Source: Candidatus Pampinifervens sinense (GTDB lineage: Bacteria > Aquificota > Aquificia > Aquificales > Aquificaceae). From it: a stretch of DNA of 64,000 nt. The position numbers were made by a program, and so were the translations under genes. Numbering within the stretch: position 1 is the stretch's first letter; each line of letters begins with the position of its first letter. Below the pieces are notes generated by a model. It searched no databases, was not told where the DNA came from, and saw nothing but the letters and a program-made list of their open reading frames with translations. This document shows positions 31,627 to 43,602 of this stretch, piece after piece. Location: positions 66,112 to 130,111 of the forward strand of contig JAXSPP010000006.1 in NCBI GenBank assembly GCA_037927135.1, read 5' to 3'.

Positions 31627-31630
31627 GAGA

Positions 31631-32383
31631 TTATTTTATCAAAAGCATGTAAAGCCCTATAAGTGTCCCCCAGCCTATTACAAAGGCTTTTACCACCTTT
31701 GGTTTGAACCTTTGAGAGATTCTTGCACCCATATAGCCTCCAAGGGCAAAACCGGGCATCATGGCAAGGGCAAAGGGCCAGCTTACCTTACCGCTCAAAA
31801 CAAAGATAAGGGCGCCAATTAAGTTTATGGTAAGGCCCAAAAGGTTCTTTATGCCGTTGGCCATATGTATGTTGTAAATGCCGGAAAGGGTAAGGCTTGC
31901 CAGCATCATAATGCCTATGCCAGCACCAAAGTAGCTCCCATACACGCCGGTCAAAAACTGAAGGCCTGTAGGTATAAGAGGGTGAAGCCTTCCATCCTCT
32001 ATGGCAAACCTTGCCAAAAGGCCCTTTATAAACTCGCTAAGGGCCAGCATCAGCACAGCAAAGAAGATGAGAAAAGGCACTATATTCTTGAAGGTCTCAG
32101 ATGGCGTTTTTATCAAAAGCAAGGCACCCACAAGGGCACCAAGCACAGAAGAGAAGAATAGAGGAAGGAATGCATCCTTTGATTCCTTGAGCCTGTCTTT
32201 GAAGCCGAAGGCTCCTGTGAGGGACCCCACCCAAAGGGCCACCGTGTTGCTTATGTTTGCCACCACTGGGTCAAGGCCAAGCCAAACAAGGGAAGGAAAG
32301 GTTATAAGGGTTCCACCGCCAGCCACCGCATTTATGGCACCGGCGCACACAGAGGCAAAAAAGGCCAAAAGATAGGCTTCCAT
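31631..32383 (-). CDS. TSUP/TauE-SafE family transporter
   Basis: INAVAGGGTLITFP and YGSYFGAGIG motifs. Confidence 0.88.
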   Translation of the reverse strand: MEAYLLAFFASVCAGAINAVAGGGTLITFPSLVWLGLDPVVANISNTVALWVGSLTGAFGFKDRLKESKDAFLPLFFSSVLGALVGALLLIKTPSETFKNIVPFLIFFAVLMLALSEFIKGLLARFAIEDGRLHPLIPTGLQFLTGVYGSYFGAGIGIMMLASLTLSGIYNIHMANGIKNLLGLTINLIGALIFVLSGKVSWPFALAMMPGFALGGYMGARISQRFKPKVVKAFVIGWGTLIGLYMLLIK

Positions 32384-33003
32384 TAAATTATCTTTCCAAA
32401 CTCCTCAAACTTAAACCTGTAGGCTCTTGGAAGTAGCTCCTTTGAAGGGTCCTTATAGCCTATGGCTATTATCATGGGGACCACCTTGTAATCTTCTATG
32501 TTCAAAAACTCCTTTAGCTTTTGCTCATCGTAGCCTTCCATAGGATGGGTTTCAAGGCCAAAGGCCCTTGCGGTGATCATTATGGTCATGCCAAAAAGGG
32601 CCGTATCCCTTACAGCCTTCCTAAAGGCCCTCTGCGGGTCCTGCCAGCCTGATAATATCTGTTCCTTTAGGGCCTCCTTTGCCTCTGGCTTTATATAGCC
32701 AAGCTTTTCCCAGCTTTGAAGAACCCTATCCACATGCTCAAATCCAGCCCTTGGGTTGGCAATTAGCACTATGTTGGCGCTTGCATCCTCTACCTTTTGC
32801 TGGTTATAGCATATCTCCTTAAGCCTCTTTTTCTTTTCCTTGTCCTTTACCACTATAACCTCCCAAGGCTGTAGGTTATAGCCCGATGGTGCGGTAGCGG
32901 AGATCTCCAGTATCTCCTTTATCACCTCATCTGGCACATCCCTTGTGGGGTCAAAAAAGGTTATGGATCTTCTTTCTGTGATAAGCCTAAGACATTCCTT
33001 CAT
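32383..33003 (-). CDS. nitroreductase family protein
   Basis: RRSI, APSGYNLQPW and THPMEGYD motifs. Confidence 0.92.
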   Translation of the reverse strand: MKECLRLITERRSITFFDPTRDVPDEVIKEILEISATAPSGYNLQPWEVIVVKDKEKKKRLKEICYNQQKVEDASANIVLIANPRAGFEHVDRVLQSWEKLGYIKPEAKEALKEQILSGWQDPQRAFRKAVRDTALFGMTIMITARAFGLETHPMEGYDEQKLKEFLNIEDYKVVPMIIAIGYKDPSKELLPRAYRFKFEEFGKII

Positions 33004-33584
33004 AGGACCACCTCCAGTTCTTTGATTATGCCTTCCAACATACTCCTTCTTTCTTCATCGCTTACATAAGGAATAGAATACAAAAAGATATGCTTTATCA
33101 CTTGCATGCCACAGAATTCAAAGATGCCCACATCTGTGGTTTTCTTTAAGCATTCCTCCATGCCAGAGGGCCTATAATCTTCTTCACTTGCCCCAAGGGT
33201 GTTTATTATGATTACCCTTTTGTCTGATAAAAGGCCTACAAGCTCTCCATCCCTTTCTTCGTAGGCAAAGCCATAGCTGAAGACCCTGTCTATGTAGCCC
33301 TTGAGTATGGCTGGCATGCCAGTCCACCATATGGGATAGATAAATATCAACAGTTGGGACCCTTTTATAATCTCCTGCTCTCTTGCAATATCTTCTGGCA
33401 CCTTTCCAGCCAAAAGGCTTTCAAAATCCTTTGAGGACAAAACTGGGTCGAAGCCCAAGGCGTATAGGTCCCTTAAAGTGTAGCTTATATTCTTTGAACC
33501 CAAGTATTCAAGGACCTTATCCCTTATGGCTCTGTTAAAGCTGTTTGGGTTGGGGTGTGCGTATATAAGGCATACATGCTTCAT
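33000..33584 (-). CDS. NAD(P)H:quinone dehydrogenase (flavodoxin-2/MdaB-like)
   Basis: AHPNPNSFN and YPIWWTGMPAILKGYIDRVF; ATG at 33584 with SD GGGAGG. Confidence 0.9.
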   Translation of the reverse strand: MKHVCLIYAHPNPNSFNRAIRDKVLEYLGSKNISYTLRDLYALGFDPVLSSKDFESLLAGKVPEDIAREQEIIKGSQLLIFIYPIWWTGMPAILKGYIDRVFSYGFAYEERDGELVGLLSDKRVIIINTLGASEEDYRPSGMEECLKKTTDVGIFEFCGMQVIKHIFLYSIPYVSDEERRSMLEGIIKELEVVL

Positions 33585-33708
33585 AATAGAACCTCCCACT
33601 GGTAGATTTTAATATTTTAATACAAGGCGTAAAAAAGGCACAATTAAGCAGGTCATATGTTTTTGAATGGGGCTTTAATCCTGTTTATGGTGTAAAATAT
33701 AGACTTTA

Positions 33709-35382
33709 ATGCCAAGGCGAACAGACATAAAGAAGATACTCATCATAGGCTCTGGTCCCATAGTGATAGGTCAGGCGGCAGAGTTTGATTATTCTGGCAC
33801 TCAGGCCTGCAAGGCCTTGCTTGAAGAAGGCTTTGAGATAGTCCTTGTTAACTCCAACCCGGCCACCATAATGACAGACCCCCAGTTTGCCCACAGAACC
33901 TACATAGAACCCCTTGTGCTGGAGGTGTTGGAAGAGATAATTAAGAAGGAAAGGCCCGATGCCCTCTTGCCTACCCTTGGTGGCCAAACGGCCTTGAACT
34001 TGGCCGTCCAGCTCTATGAGGAAGGTATTTTAGATAGGTATGGCGTCAAGCTAATAGGTGCCAACTACGAGGCCATAAAGAAGGGTGAAGACAGGGACCT
34101 CTTTAGAAAATCAATGGAAAGAATTGGCCTTAAGGTGCCACCCAGCGTAGTGGTCTCTTCCCTTCAAGAGGCCCTTGAAAAGGTAAAGGAGGTGGGCTTT
34201 CCAGCCATCTTGAGGCCAGCCTTTACCCTTGGTGGCACAGGAGGTTCCATTGCCTACAACATGGAAGAGTTTAAAGAAAAGGTGGAAATAGCTCTAAAGA
34301 CCTCACCCATCCATCAAGTGCTAATAGATAAGTCCCTTATAGGCTGGAAGGAGTTTGAGTTTGAGGTGATAAGGGATTCAAAGGACAATGTGATAATAGT
34401 CTGTAGCATTGAGAACTTTGACCCTATGGGAGTTCATACGGGGGATTCTATTACAGTGGCACCAGCCCAGACATTGACGGACAAAGAATACCAGATTTTG
34501 AGAGATGCCTGCATAGAGATAATGAGGGAGATAGGGGTAGATACTGGTGGTTCCAACATACAGTTTGCTGTAAATCCGGAAAATGGGGAATTTTATGTGA
34601 TAGAGATGAACCCAAGGGTCTCAAGGTCTTCCGCCTTGGCCTCCAAGGCCACAGGCTTTCCTATAGCAAAAGTGGCTGCAAAGCTGGCTGTGGGCTACAC
34701 CCTTGACGAGCTAAAGAACGACATTACAAAGCACACACCCGCATCCTTTGAACCCTCCATTGATTATGTGGTGGTAAAGATTCCACGCTTTGACTTTGCC
34801 AAGTTCCCAAGGGCAGATAGAACCCTTGGAACAATGATGAAGTCTGTGGGGGAGGTTATGGCCATTGGAAGGACCTTTAAAGAGGCTTTGAACAAAGCCA
34901 TAAGGAGCCTTGAACAGGATGTTTACGGCCTTGCCTTTCCAGACTATTCTTCCTTGGAGGATGAGGAGATAAAAAGAGCTATAAGAACACCCAACCCTAA
35001 CAGGCTTTGGTATATAGCGAGCGCCTTCAGAAAGGGCTATAGCCTTCAGGAGGTATACGAGCTTAGCAAGATTGACCCATGGTTTTTGGAGAATATAAGG
35101 CAGATAGTGGAGTTTGAAAAGGTGTTAAAAGAAGGAAATCTGACGCCGGAAGTTTTGAGGATGGCCAAAGAGATGGGCTATTCGGATGTGGAGATAGGAA
35201 GGCTTACTGGCATGGGGGAGGAGGAGGTAAGAAGGTTAAGGTATGAATGGAATATACTTCCTGCCTTTAAAGGTGTGGATACATGCGCCGGTGAGTTTGT
35301 AGCCTATACACCCTACTACTATTCAACCTACGAAAGACCATATTATACAATTGAAGAGGGTGAGGTCTTAGACCAGGATTAG
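33709..35382 (+). CDS. carB: carbamoyl-phosphate synthase large chain, N-terminal half (split gene)
   Basis: [30 protein letters not shown]; ends at 557 aa soon after VDTCAGEF...YYYSTY, the normal domain junction. Confidence 0.93.
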   Translation: MPRRTDIKKILIIGSGPIVIGQAAEFDYSGTQACKALLEEGFEIVLVNSNPATIMTDPQFAHRTYIEPLVLEVLEEIIKKERPDALLPTLGGQTALNLAVQLYEEGILDRYGVKLIGANYEAIKKGEDRDLFRKSMERIGLKVPPSVVVSSLQEALEKVKEVGFPAILRPAFTLGGTGGSIAYNMEEFKEKVEIALKTSPIHQVLIDKSLIGWKEFEFEVIRDSKDNVIIVCSIENFDPMGVHTGDSITVAPAQTLTDKEYQILRDACIEIMREIGVDTGGSNIQFAVNPENGEFYVIEMNPRVSRSSALASKATGFPIAKVAAKLAVGYTLDELKNDITKHTPASFEPSIDYVVVKIPRFDFAKFPRADRTLGTMMKSVGEVMAIGRTFKEALNKAIRSLEQDVYGLAFPDYSSLEDEEIKRAIRTPNPNRLWYIASAFRKGYSLQEVYELSKIDPWFLENIRQIVEFEKVLKEGNLTPEVLRMAKEMGYSDVEIGRLTGMGEEEVRRLRYEWNILPAFKGVDTCAGEFVAYTPYYYSTYERPYYTIEEGEVLDQD

Positions 35383-35394
35383 GTTTGAAGAGCT

Positions 35395-35679
35395 ATGGCA
35401 AGGCACAGAAGAGGCAAGATAAAGCTGGAGCATCATCTGCTAGAGGGCCTGGAAGGATATTTGGAGAGGCTTAGCTCCTTTGATTGTGTGAAGGCCATAA
35501 TTCCTGGCAGAATAGCAAGACAGAATGGAGGCAGAGGTTCAAAAGGCCTTTTTCTAAAGTATAGAACCAGCTCTGGCTACAAGCTTTTGTGCAAAAACGG
35601 TGCCTCTGTGCAGGAAGTTTTTGTAGTCTGCGAAGACAAAGAAGCCTTTGAGAGGCTTTTTAAGGAGTTTATAGAATAA
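35395..35679 (+). CDS. DUF2103-like small protein
   Basis: KLEHHLLEGL, IIPGRI and VQEVFVV resemble DUF2103. Confidence 0.6.
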   Translation: MARHRRGKIKLEHHLLEGLEGYLERLSSFDCVKAIIPGRIARQNGGRGSKGLFLKYRTSSGYKLLCKNGASVQEVFVVCEDKEAFERLFKEFIE

Positions 35680-35688
35680 AATTTTCTT

Positions 35689-36180
35689 ATGAAAGCTTTG
35701 TTGTTTTTGATACTATTTTATCCCCTTGTCTTTGCCCAAGAGATAAAGGTTTCCACCATAGTTCAAGGGAAGATAGAAAGGGTCTTAGTAAAGGAGGGTC
35801 AAAGGGTAAATAAGGGAGACCTTTTGGTTATCATAGATCCTGTTCTTTACACTACTCAAAGGGACAGTTTAAAGGCTCAGCTCAACTCTCAGAAGGCAAC
35901 GCTTGAGAAGGTGGAAAGGGATTTTAAAAGGTATGAGGAGCTCTTCAACCGTGGCCTGCTCTCTAGGAGTGAGTATGAGGATTGGAAGAGTAAGTATGAG
36001 AGGGAGGTTAGTCAGTATGAAGTTCTTAAGGCACAGCTTGAGAGGGTAGAAAAGCTTATAGAGTATTGCACCATAAGGTCTCCAACGAGGGGTATAGTCA
36101 AAAGGCTTTTTGTTAGGGAAGGGATGTTTGTAAACGGTACCTTGAACCCAGAGGTGCTTTTGGTTTTGGAGGAAAGGTAG
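35689..36180 (+). CDS. short efflux periplasmic adaptor-like protein (lipoyl + alpha-hairpin)
   Basis: Signal peptide, GKIERVLVKEGQRVNKGDLL, coiled hairpin, IRSPTRGIV. Confidence 0.75.
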   Translation: MKALLFLILFYPLVFAQEIKVSTIVQGKIERVLVKEGQRVNKGDLLVIIDPVLYTTQRDSLKAQLNSQKATLEKVERDFKRYEELFNRGLLSRSEYEDWKSKYEREVSQYEVLKAQLERVEKLIEYCTIRSPTRGIVKRLFVREGMFVNGTLNPEVLLVLEER

Positions 36181-36836
36181 CTATCTTACCACCTCCCACT
36201 CGGTTATCAGGTGATTGCCCCTTTTGAAATGGGACCTGAGCCTAAGATGCAAAAGGTTTTTGAGACTTTTGAAGCCTTCTCCACCCACAAGGGTAGGCAC
36301 GTTCTCACCCCCTACTATAACAGGTAGATGTATAAGCCTTATCTCATCTACAAAGCCCCTTTTTATGAGTTCCCAGTTTATGGATGCACCGCCTTCCACC
36401 ATAAGGCTCCTTATTCCCCTCTCGTACAGTATGGGCATGAGCCTTTCAAAGTCCACCAGGTCTTCGCCCACCACAAGCACCTCCGCACCCAAGGCCTTTA
36501 TCTTTTCAATCCTCTCCTGCGGTGCTCTTGTGGTGGTAACTATTATGGTGGGTGCGTCTTTGGAGAATATGTTGGCATCCGTTGGCACATTGGCGGTAGA
36601 GCACGGAATTATCCTTACAGGGTTTTTCCCCTCCACATACCTTACTGTAAGGCTTGGGTTGTCCGTCCTTACCGTCTCACAGCCCACCATTATGCCATCC
36701 ACCTTTGCCCTTATCTCATGAAGATACCTGTAGGCCTCTTGGTCCATAAGGGTCATAAGCTCCTTGCTGGAGGCCCCCCTGTAAAGGGTTAATTTTCCGT
36801 CCACGCTCACCTCTGAGACTATTATTATGTAAGGCC

Positions 36837-36840
<4 letters not shown>
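36181..36840 (-). CDS. 2,5-diamino-6-ribosylamino-pyrimidinone 5'-phosphate reductase (stand-alone RibD C-terminal type)
   Basis: SVDGKL, IMVGCETVRTDNPSLTVR and LMVEGG; no deaminase domain. Confidence 0.85.
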
Positions 36841-38485
<1,645 letters not shown>

Positions 38486-38944
38486 TCATTTTTCAAACTT
38501 GAAGAAGACAGACATATGGTCCTTACCTATTTTATACCTGTTTATCAAAAGTTTTTCCTTGAACTGCTTTGGTATCCTTTCATAGACCTCTGTGAGGCTA
38601 ACGGCCGGCATAACATCCATGCCAAGATACTCATCCTCCATAGTAAAGCCTGGCAATTTCAAAACCTCATGGATTCCATCTTTGGATATAACTTTGAAAA
38701 AGGCCCATTGCTTCAGACTTTCCCTATCCTTCCTCACCTTTCCATAGACTTCAGAAAGCCTTATTTCATAGGACCTGTTAAAAAATAAAAACCTTTTTTT
38801 CAGAAGGATCTTTAATATACCCTCCTCTATCCTAAAATCAAGGTCTGGATAAGCCCTTCTTAACTCTTCACTGGTAAGCCTTACCTCAATCTCCTTATCT
38901 ATAAGGTTTCCAAAGTGTAGAAGATCTTCAATGAATATACCCAT
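38486..38944 (-). CDS. hypothetical protein, 152 aa
   Basis: Host-like ORF co-oriented upstream of ilvC; no motif recognised. Confidence 0.65.
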   Translation of the reverse strand: MGIFIEDLLHFGNLIDKEIEVRLTSEELRRAYPDLDFRIEEGILKILLKKRFLFFNRSYEIRLSEVYGKVRKDRESLKQWAFFKVISKDGIHEVLKLPGFTMEDEYLGMDVMPAVSLTEVYERIPKQFKEKLLINRYKIGKDHMSVFFKFEK

Positions 38945-38965
38945 GGTTTTATAAAATAGTATATT

Positions 38966-40015
38966 GTGGAGAATGATACAAGGGGGAAGAGTGTATCTAT
39001 GGATAAGTGTAAGCTCTATTATAAGCTTGGTAAGGGCCTACCTCTAGAGAGCTCGGATATAAAGATACTGGCCAACATCATCAAAGAGGAGATCAAATTC
39101 CTGCTAAGAAATAACATACTACCCACACCTAAGAACTATGAAAGATGGTTTATAGTCTTCTGCTATGCTTTTGAAAATATGACCAAGCAACCGTGTGATG
39201 AGGAGCTTATAGAGCTTTACAAAAGGCTATATGGGGAAGAGGGCTTGAACGATTCAAAGTGCGACCTTGAGATAACCTTGGATATCCTCAATAAGCTGAT
39301 AGAGGATCTTAGCAAACTGGCGAAAGAGTATAAGGAGTATGCTACAAAGAAGGCCGAAGAGATCTCTAAGATAGAAGATAGGGTCCCAGAGGGGGATTTG
39401 ACCCATCTCCTTTCGGAGCTTTTGATGCACATAAGGGATATAAAAGCTCAAAATGAGAGGTTTTTGAGAGATATAGAAGAACAACACCATATTATAGAAA
39501 GGTTAAGAAGTAGATTGGAAGAAGCTGAGATGGAAGCAAACATTGATTATCTTACAAACACCTTCAACAGAAGATCCTTTGAAAGAGCCTTAAGGGAATG
39601 GTTTGACGAATACAGAGACAAAGGGGTCACCTTTTCTTTGATTTTTCTAGACCTTGATGGCTTTAAGAAGATAAACGATACTTATTGGCATTCGGTAGGG
39701 GATTTTGTTTTAGCACGCATAGCCTTTTTCTTAAGGAGGAACCTCAGGGCCAGGGATATTTTGGCAAGATGGGGAGGGGATGAGTTTGCCATACTTATGC
39801 CAAGGACAACAAAGGAACAGGCCGTAGGTGTAGCCGAAAGGTTAAAGAGTAAGCTGGAAGATCTTCAGCTGATGGTAAAGGGCCAAAGGCTTAAAGTGAC
39901 CTTCAGCTATGGTGTGGTGGAGGCAAGCGACAGATACAAGAGTGTGGAGGAGATGATAAGGGAAGCTGATGAGCTTATGTACAAAAATAAAAGAAAAAGA
40001 AGCAAGGTCTTATAG
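38966..40015 (+). CDS. GGDEF-domain diguanylate cyclase
   Basis: DYLT, DLDGFKKIND, RARD I-site and RWGGDEF; start uncertain. Confidence 0.9.
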   Translation: MENDTRGKSVSMDKCKLYYKLGKGLPLESSDIKILANIIKEEIKFLLRNNILPTPKNYERWFIVFCYAFENMTKQPCDEELIELYKRLYGEEGLNDSKCDLEITLDILNKLIEDLSKLAKEYKEYATKKAEEISKIEDRVPEGDLTHLLSELLMHIRDIKAQNERFLRDIEEQHHIIERLRSRLEEAEMEANIDYLTNTFNRRSFERALREWFDEYRDKGVTFSLIFLDLDGFKKINDTYWHSVGDFVLARIAFFLRRNLRARDILARWGGDEFAILMPRTTKEQAVGVAERLKSKLEDLQLMVKGQRLKVTFSYGVVEASDRYKSVEEMIREADELMYKNKRKRSKVL

Positions 40016-41350
40016 ATACCTTCTTATCTCCCTTCTGTAAGCCAAGTAGAAGATTATGGCCCTTAAAGTGGTCTCCAAGCTCATAAAGACCCAAGGCACT
40101 AAGGGGCTATGGACGAATTTTAACACGAACATGGAGGGCAGTATTCTAAAAACCCAAAAGGAAGAGAGGTTCACCAAGAGGGGTATATGGGTCTTTCCCA
40201 TACCTTTTAGAGAGCCAGAAAAAATGCTGGCATAGGCCATCTGTGGCTGGGATAGGGCAACTATAACAAGGTAATAGACCGCATAGCTTATGACCTCTTT
40301 GTCCCTTGTAAAGATTAAGGAAAGGTAGTGTGGAAAGATGGCTATAAACATACCTATAAGTCCCATTATAAGAGCTGTAGTATGAGCACTTATCCTCACT
40401 CCATAATCAAGCCCTTTGAAGTTTTTGGCTCCGTAGTTCTGTCCTGCAATGGTAGTGGAAGCTATCATCATGCCAAAGCCTATCATGAAGGAGATGCTTT
40501 CTACCCTTAGGCCCACCTGGTGTGCTGCAAGCACCTTATCACCAAACTGGGCCACAAGTCCCACAAACACATTAAAGGAGAGGCTTGTAAAAGCCCTTTC
40601 TATAGCCGTAGGCGTGCCTATGCGCAACATTCTAAGGAGTATATCTTTGTCAAGACAAAGGCTTATGGGAAAGGGCTTTCTGTAGCGCACATAGAGGTAG
40701 ATATAAAAGAGAAGGCCTACTATCTCCGATAGGGCTATGCCCCAGCCCGCACCGGCAACCTCAAGCCTTGGAAGGCCGAACTTGCCGTATATTAAAAGGT
40801 AGGCGGAGGAAATGTTTACCACGTTCATGAGAAGGGCCACCTTGAAGGGTGTCTTTGTATCTCCGTATCCGTTGTAGGCAGCATAAAGGGTATTGGTGGC
40901 AAAGCCCACAGTTATAAAGAGGAAAACGGGCTCAAGGTATTCTTTTGCAAGGCTTGCCACACTCTTTGAGGCACCAAAGTTGAGCATAAGGTAAGCTACC
41001 AAATCCTTGCCAAGGAAGGTAAGAGGGAGGGCTATAAGAAGGGAGATGATAAGGCCCCAAAGGAGGGCTGGAGATGGGTCCTTGTTTGCTCCCACCCTTT
41101 GGGCCACAAGCACCGTGGTGCCAGTGTAGGCAAGGGCCATGAGGGAGTATATGAACCAGAGCATGCTTGCAGAGTAGCCCACGGCGGCCACAGCAGTGGC
41201 AGAAATGCCAGAGACCAGTATGATGGAAAAGGCACTCTCTACGGTGTAGAGCAGGTTTGAAAGGATGATGGGCATGGCAAGCCTTAGCACCCTGTTTATT
41301 ACCCTTAGCTTGCTATCCGATGGGTCTATGAGCATTTTGTTATTGGACAT
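40010..41350 (-). CDS. MATE family efflux transporter
   Basis: LAMPII, GYGDTKTP and GQNYGA; about 12 TM helices. Confidence 0.92.
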   Translation of the reverse strand: MSNNKMLIDPSDSKLRVINRVLRLAMPIILSNLLYTVESAFSIILVSGISATAVAAVGYSASMLWFIYSLMALAYTGTTVLVAQRVGANKDPSPALLWGLIISLLIALPLTFLGKDLVAYLMLNFGASKSVASLAKEYLEPVFLFITVGFATNTLYAAYNGYGDTKTPFKVALLMNVVNISSAYLLIYGKFGLPRLEVAGAGWGIALSEIVGLLFYIYLYVRYRKPFPISLCLDKDILLRMLRIGTPTAIERAFTSLSFNVFVGLVAQFGDKVLAAHQVGLRVESISFMIGFGMMIASTTIAGQNYGAKNFKGLDYGVRISAHTTALIMGLIGMFIAIFPHYLSLIFTRDKEVISYAVYYLVIVALSQPQMAYASIFSGSLKGMGKTHIPLLVNLSSFWVFRILPSMFVLKFVHSPLVPWVFMSLETTLRAIIFYLAYRREIRRYL

Positions 41351-42086
41351 ATGGCCTTAGCACCTGCATAGTTTTTTCATAGCCAAGCCTGTATATATCA
41401 TCGGCCTTCAGAAGGCTAAGAGGTGAGTATTTAAAAAGGTCTGGCTCTATTACCACATGACAAAGTTCTTTCCTCTTTTCCACGTTGGACCTCACCGCCA
41501 AAAGGAAGCTCCTCACAAGCAGGTGAAATATACTCCTTATCTTCTCCACCTGTTCGCTTGGGTTTACATCCACGCCCACAAGCATGCCATCCATGGAAAG
41601 CAAAGGCTCCACAGGAAGGTTGTTGGTAATGCCACCATCTATAAGAAGATATTCCTTATACCTTATAGGCTCAAAGATGCCAGGCAGGGCACAGCTACCC
41701 AAAAGTATGGGTGCAAGATCTCCCCTATCAAAGTAAAGGGTCCTTCCACTCTTTATGTCCAAGGCTCCGATAAATAACCTTTTCTTTGCCTCTTCAATGC
41801 GCCTTATGGATAGCATCTTATTCAAGTACTTTTCCGCCTCTTTTAAAGATATAAAGCCGAGCCTTGGAATGGCTGGCCTCAAATACTTTAGCCACTCCTT
41901 TGATTTTACAACCCTTAGCATCTCCTCTGGTGTGTAGCCATCACAGTAGAAAGCTCCCACAAGGGCACCAGCACTTACTCCGCTTATGGCCCTTATCTCA
42001 AAGCCAAGCTCTTCCAAAGCTTTTATCACACCAATATGGGCTATACCCCGAGAAGCTCCGCCGGAAAGTACAAGGTTAACCTTCAT
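41340..42086 (-). CDS. patatin-like phospholipase
   Basis: LSGGASRG, GVSAG and DGG motifs. Confidence 0.92.
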   Translation of the reverse strand: MKVNLVLSGGASRGIAHIGVIKALEELGFEIRAISGVSAGALVGAFYCDGYTPEEMLRVVKSKEWLKYLRPAIPRLGFISLKEAEKYLNKMLSIRRIEEAKKRLFIGALDIKSGRTLYFDRGDLAPILLGSCALPGIFEPIRYKEYLLIDGGITNNLPVEPLLSMDGMLVGVDVNPSEQVEKIRSIFHLLVRSFLLAVRSNVEKRKELCHVVIEPDLFKYSPLSLLKADDIYRLGYEKTMQVLRPYVQ

Positions 42087-42549
42087 GGATTAAAAGGATA
42101 GTACAAAAGCAGGCCAAACCTTCTTCTTTACAAAAGCCCTCCCGACTCTTACCCTTTATGGAAATACTATCCTTTGGAAGCTCAAGAAGCCTTGAAAGGC
42201 TTTCCTTTATGGCCTCCTTATAGGGTGCAATCCTTGGCTCATCAGCCACGATCACACAGTCAAGGTTCAACACTCTGTAGCCCTTTTCCTTTGCCCTCCG
42301 TAGGGCCTCTTTTAAAAAGACCTCCGAGTTTGCTCCTTTCCACCTTGGATCTCTATCGGGAAACAGCTCACCTATGTCTGGCTCTCCAATGGCTCCCAAG
42401 AGGGCATCCGTTATGGCATGAAGAAGTGCATCACCGTCCGAATGGCCCCTTAGGCCCTTTGGAAAGTCTATTAAAACACCGCCCAGCTTTAAGGGCTTTC
42501 CCTCTTCAAAGGCATGGGAATCAAAGCCAAGGCCTATGCGAAGCTTCAT
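42076..42549 (-). CDS. ispF: 2-C-methyl-D-erythritol 2,4-cyclodiphosphate synthase
   Basis: RIGLGFDSH and GHSDGDALLHA; ATG at 42549 overlaps the DUF420 stop. Confidence 0.95.
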   Translation of the reverse strand: MKLRIGLGFDSHAFEEGKPLKLGGVLIDFPKGLRGHSDGDALLHAITDALLGAIGEPDIGELFPDRDPRWKGANSEVFLKEALRRAKEKGYRVLNLDCVIVADEPRIAPYKEAIKESLSRLLELPKDSISIKGKSREGFCKEEGLACFCTILLIHEG

Positions 42550-42977
42550 TGGTTTAAAAACTGCATAAAGTAGAAGATAAGCCAGCCAGTTATGGCCACA
42601 TAGATCCAAACAAAGGCCGTTATGGGGGCAATCCTTTTATGTTTTTCAAAAGTGCCTTTAAAGGCGTACCTTAAAGTGATTACAGCAAGGGGAAAGTTGA
42701 TTATGGCAAGGATGGTATGGGACCAAAGGATAAAAAGGAAAAGGCCTCTGTAGGGACCCTCATATTTACCCATAGGGATAAGGCCTTGAGATTGCAGAAA
42801 GTTTCTAAGCACATACAGGAAAACAAATATAAGGGCGAAGATGGAAGCGGTTATCATAGCCCTTTTGTGCGCTTCCCTTCTTCCACTTTTGATTAAGAAA
42901 AGGCCAAGCACTATGGAAAGACCACTTATTGAAATAGTGAGCATACTCAATATGGTTATGAGGGTTGTTATTTGCAT
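42546..42977 (-). CDS. DUF420 membrane protein
   Basis: AHKRAM, SHTILA, HKRIA and W-x-YVAITG. Confidence 0.85.
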   Translation of the reverse strand: MQITTLITILSMLTISISGLSIVLGLFLIKSGRREAHKRAMITASIFALIFVFLYVLRNFLQSQGLIPMGKYEGPYRGLFLFILWSHTILAIINFPLAVITLRYAFKGTFEKHKRIAPITAFVWIYVAITGWLIFYFMQFLNQ

Positions 42978-43534
42978 TGTTGTCCCTCAATTCTTAAGTC
43001 TATGGGATAGACAATGGTCTTGCGCTTTCCTGAATATTGTTCTACCAGGTAGAACTCCATATTAGCAATTGTATCACAAATTAAAGGAGAATACTGTTGA
43101 GGGCATAAATTAGCGAAAAATCTCATATTTTGAATTTTTACCTCTGTATCTTTATCTGGATATAGTGTAGCCCCTACTGAAAATTCATAAACACCAGATA
43201 GGCAATTACTTAAACTTAATTTAAACTTTTCCACGTAAACAGGCGAAGGATTAGAAGTAACTGGTTGACCTTGAGCATTCTTGATAGTTTGAGAATTAAA
43301 CGTTATAACAAATATCTCACTTTGAAAATCTTCTCCTACGCATGTTCCTGAGCTATTATATACCACATTACAACTTACATTTATTGGAGGTGGATTTCCA
43401 TTATCGTCTTTTACACCAGCTATACTCACCACCACCGAATCAAAATCCAAAGATCCACTGCCTCCTCCGCCACCACAACCAAACAGATTTATACTTGCTA
43501 CTATAGTCAATAGGATCTTAAATTGATTCTTCAT
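42968..43534 (-). CDS. AT-rich orphan lipoprotein
   Basis: Lipobox LFGC followed by a Gly linker and six further Cys; SD AGGAGG before ATG 43534. Confidence 0.7.
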   Translation of the reverse strand: MKNQFKILLTIVASINLFGCGGGGGSGSLDFDSVVVSIAGVKDDNGNPPPINVSCNVVYNSSGTCVGEDFQSEIFVITFNSQTIKNAQGQPVTSNPSPVYVEKFKLSLSNCLSGVYEFSVGATLYPDKDTEVKIQNMRFFANLCPQQYSPLICDTIANMEFYLVEQYSGKRKTIVYPIDLRIEGQQCK

Positions 43535-43602
43535 CTCTCCCTCCTTAAAGTTTTGCATATTATTATAAACAAAATTATAAACAAAAGCTATAATTATTAA
43601 TC

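Noticed and set aside
33709-35382. carB ending at 557 aa as a pseudogene
   Set aside because: A split CPS large subunit is established in Aquifex, and the break is at the natural domain boundary.
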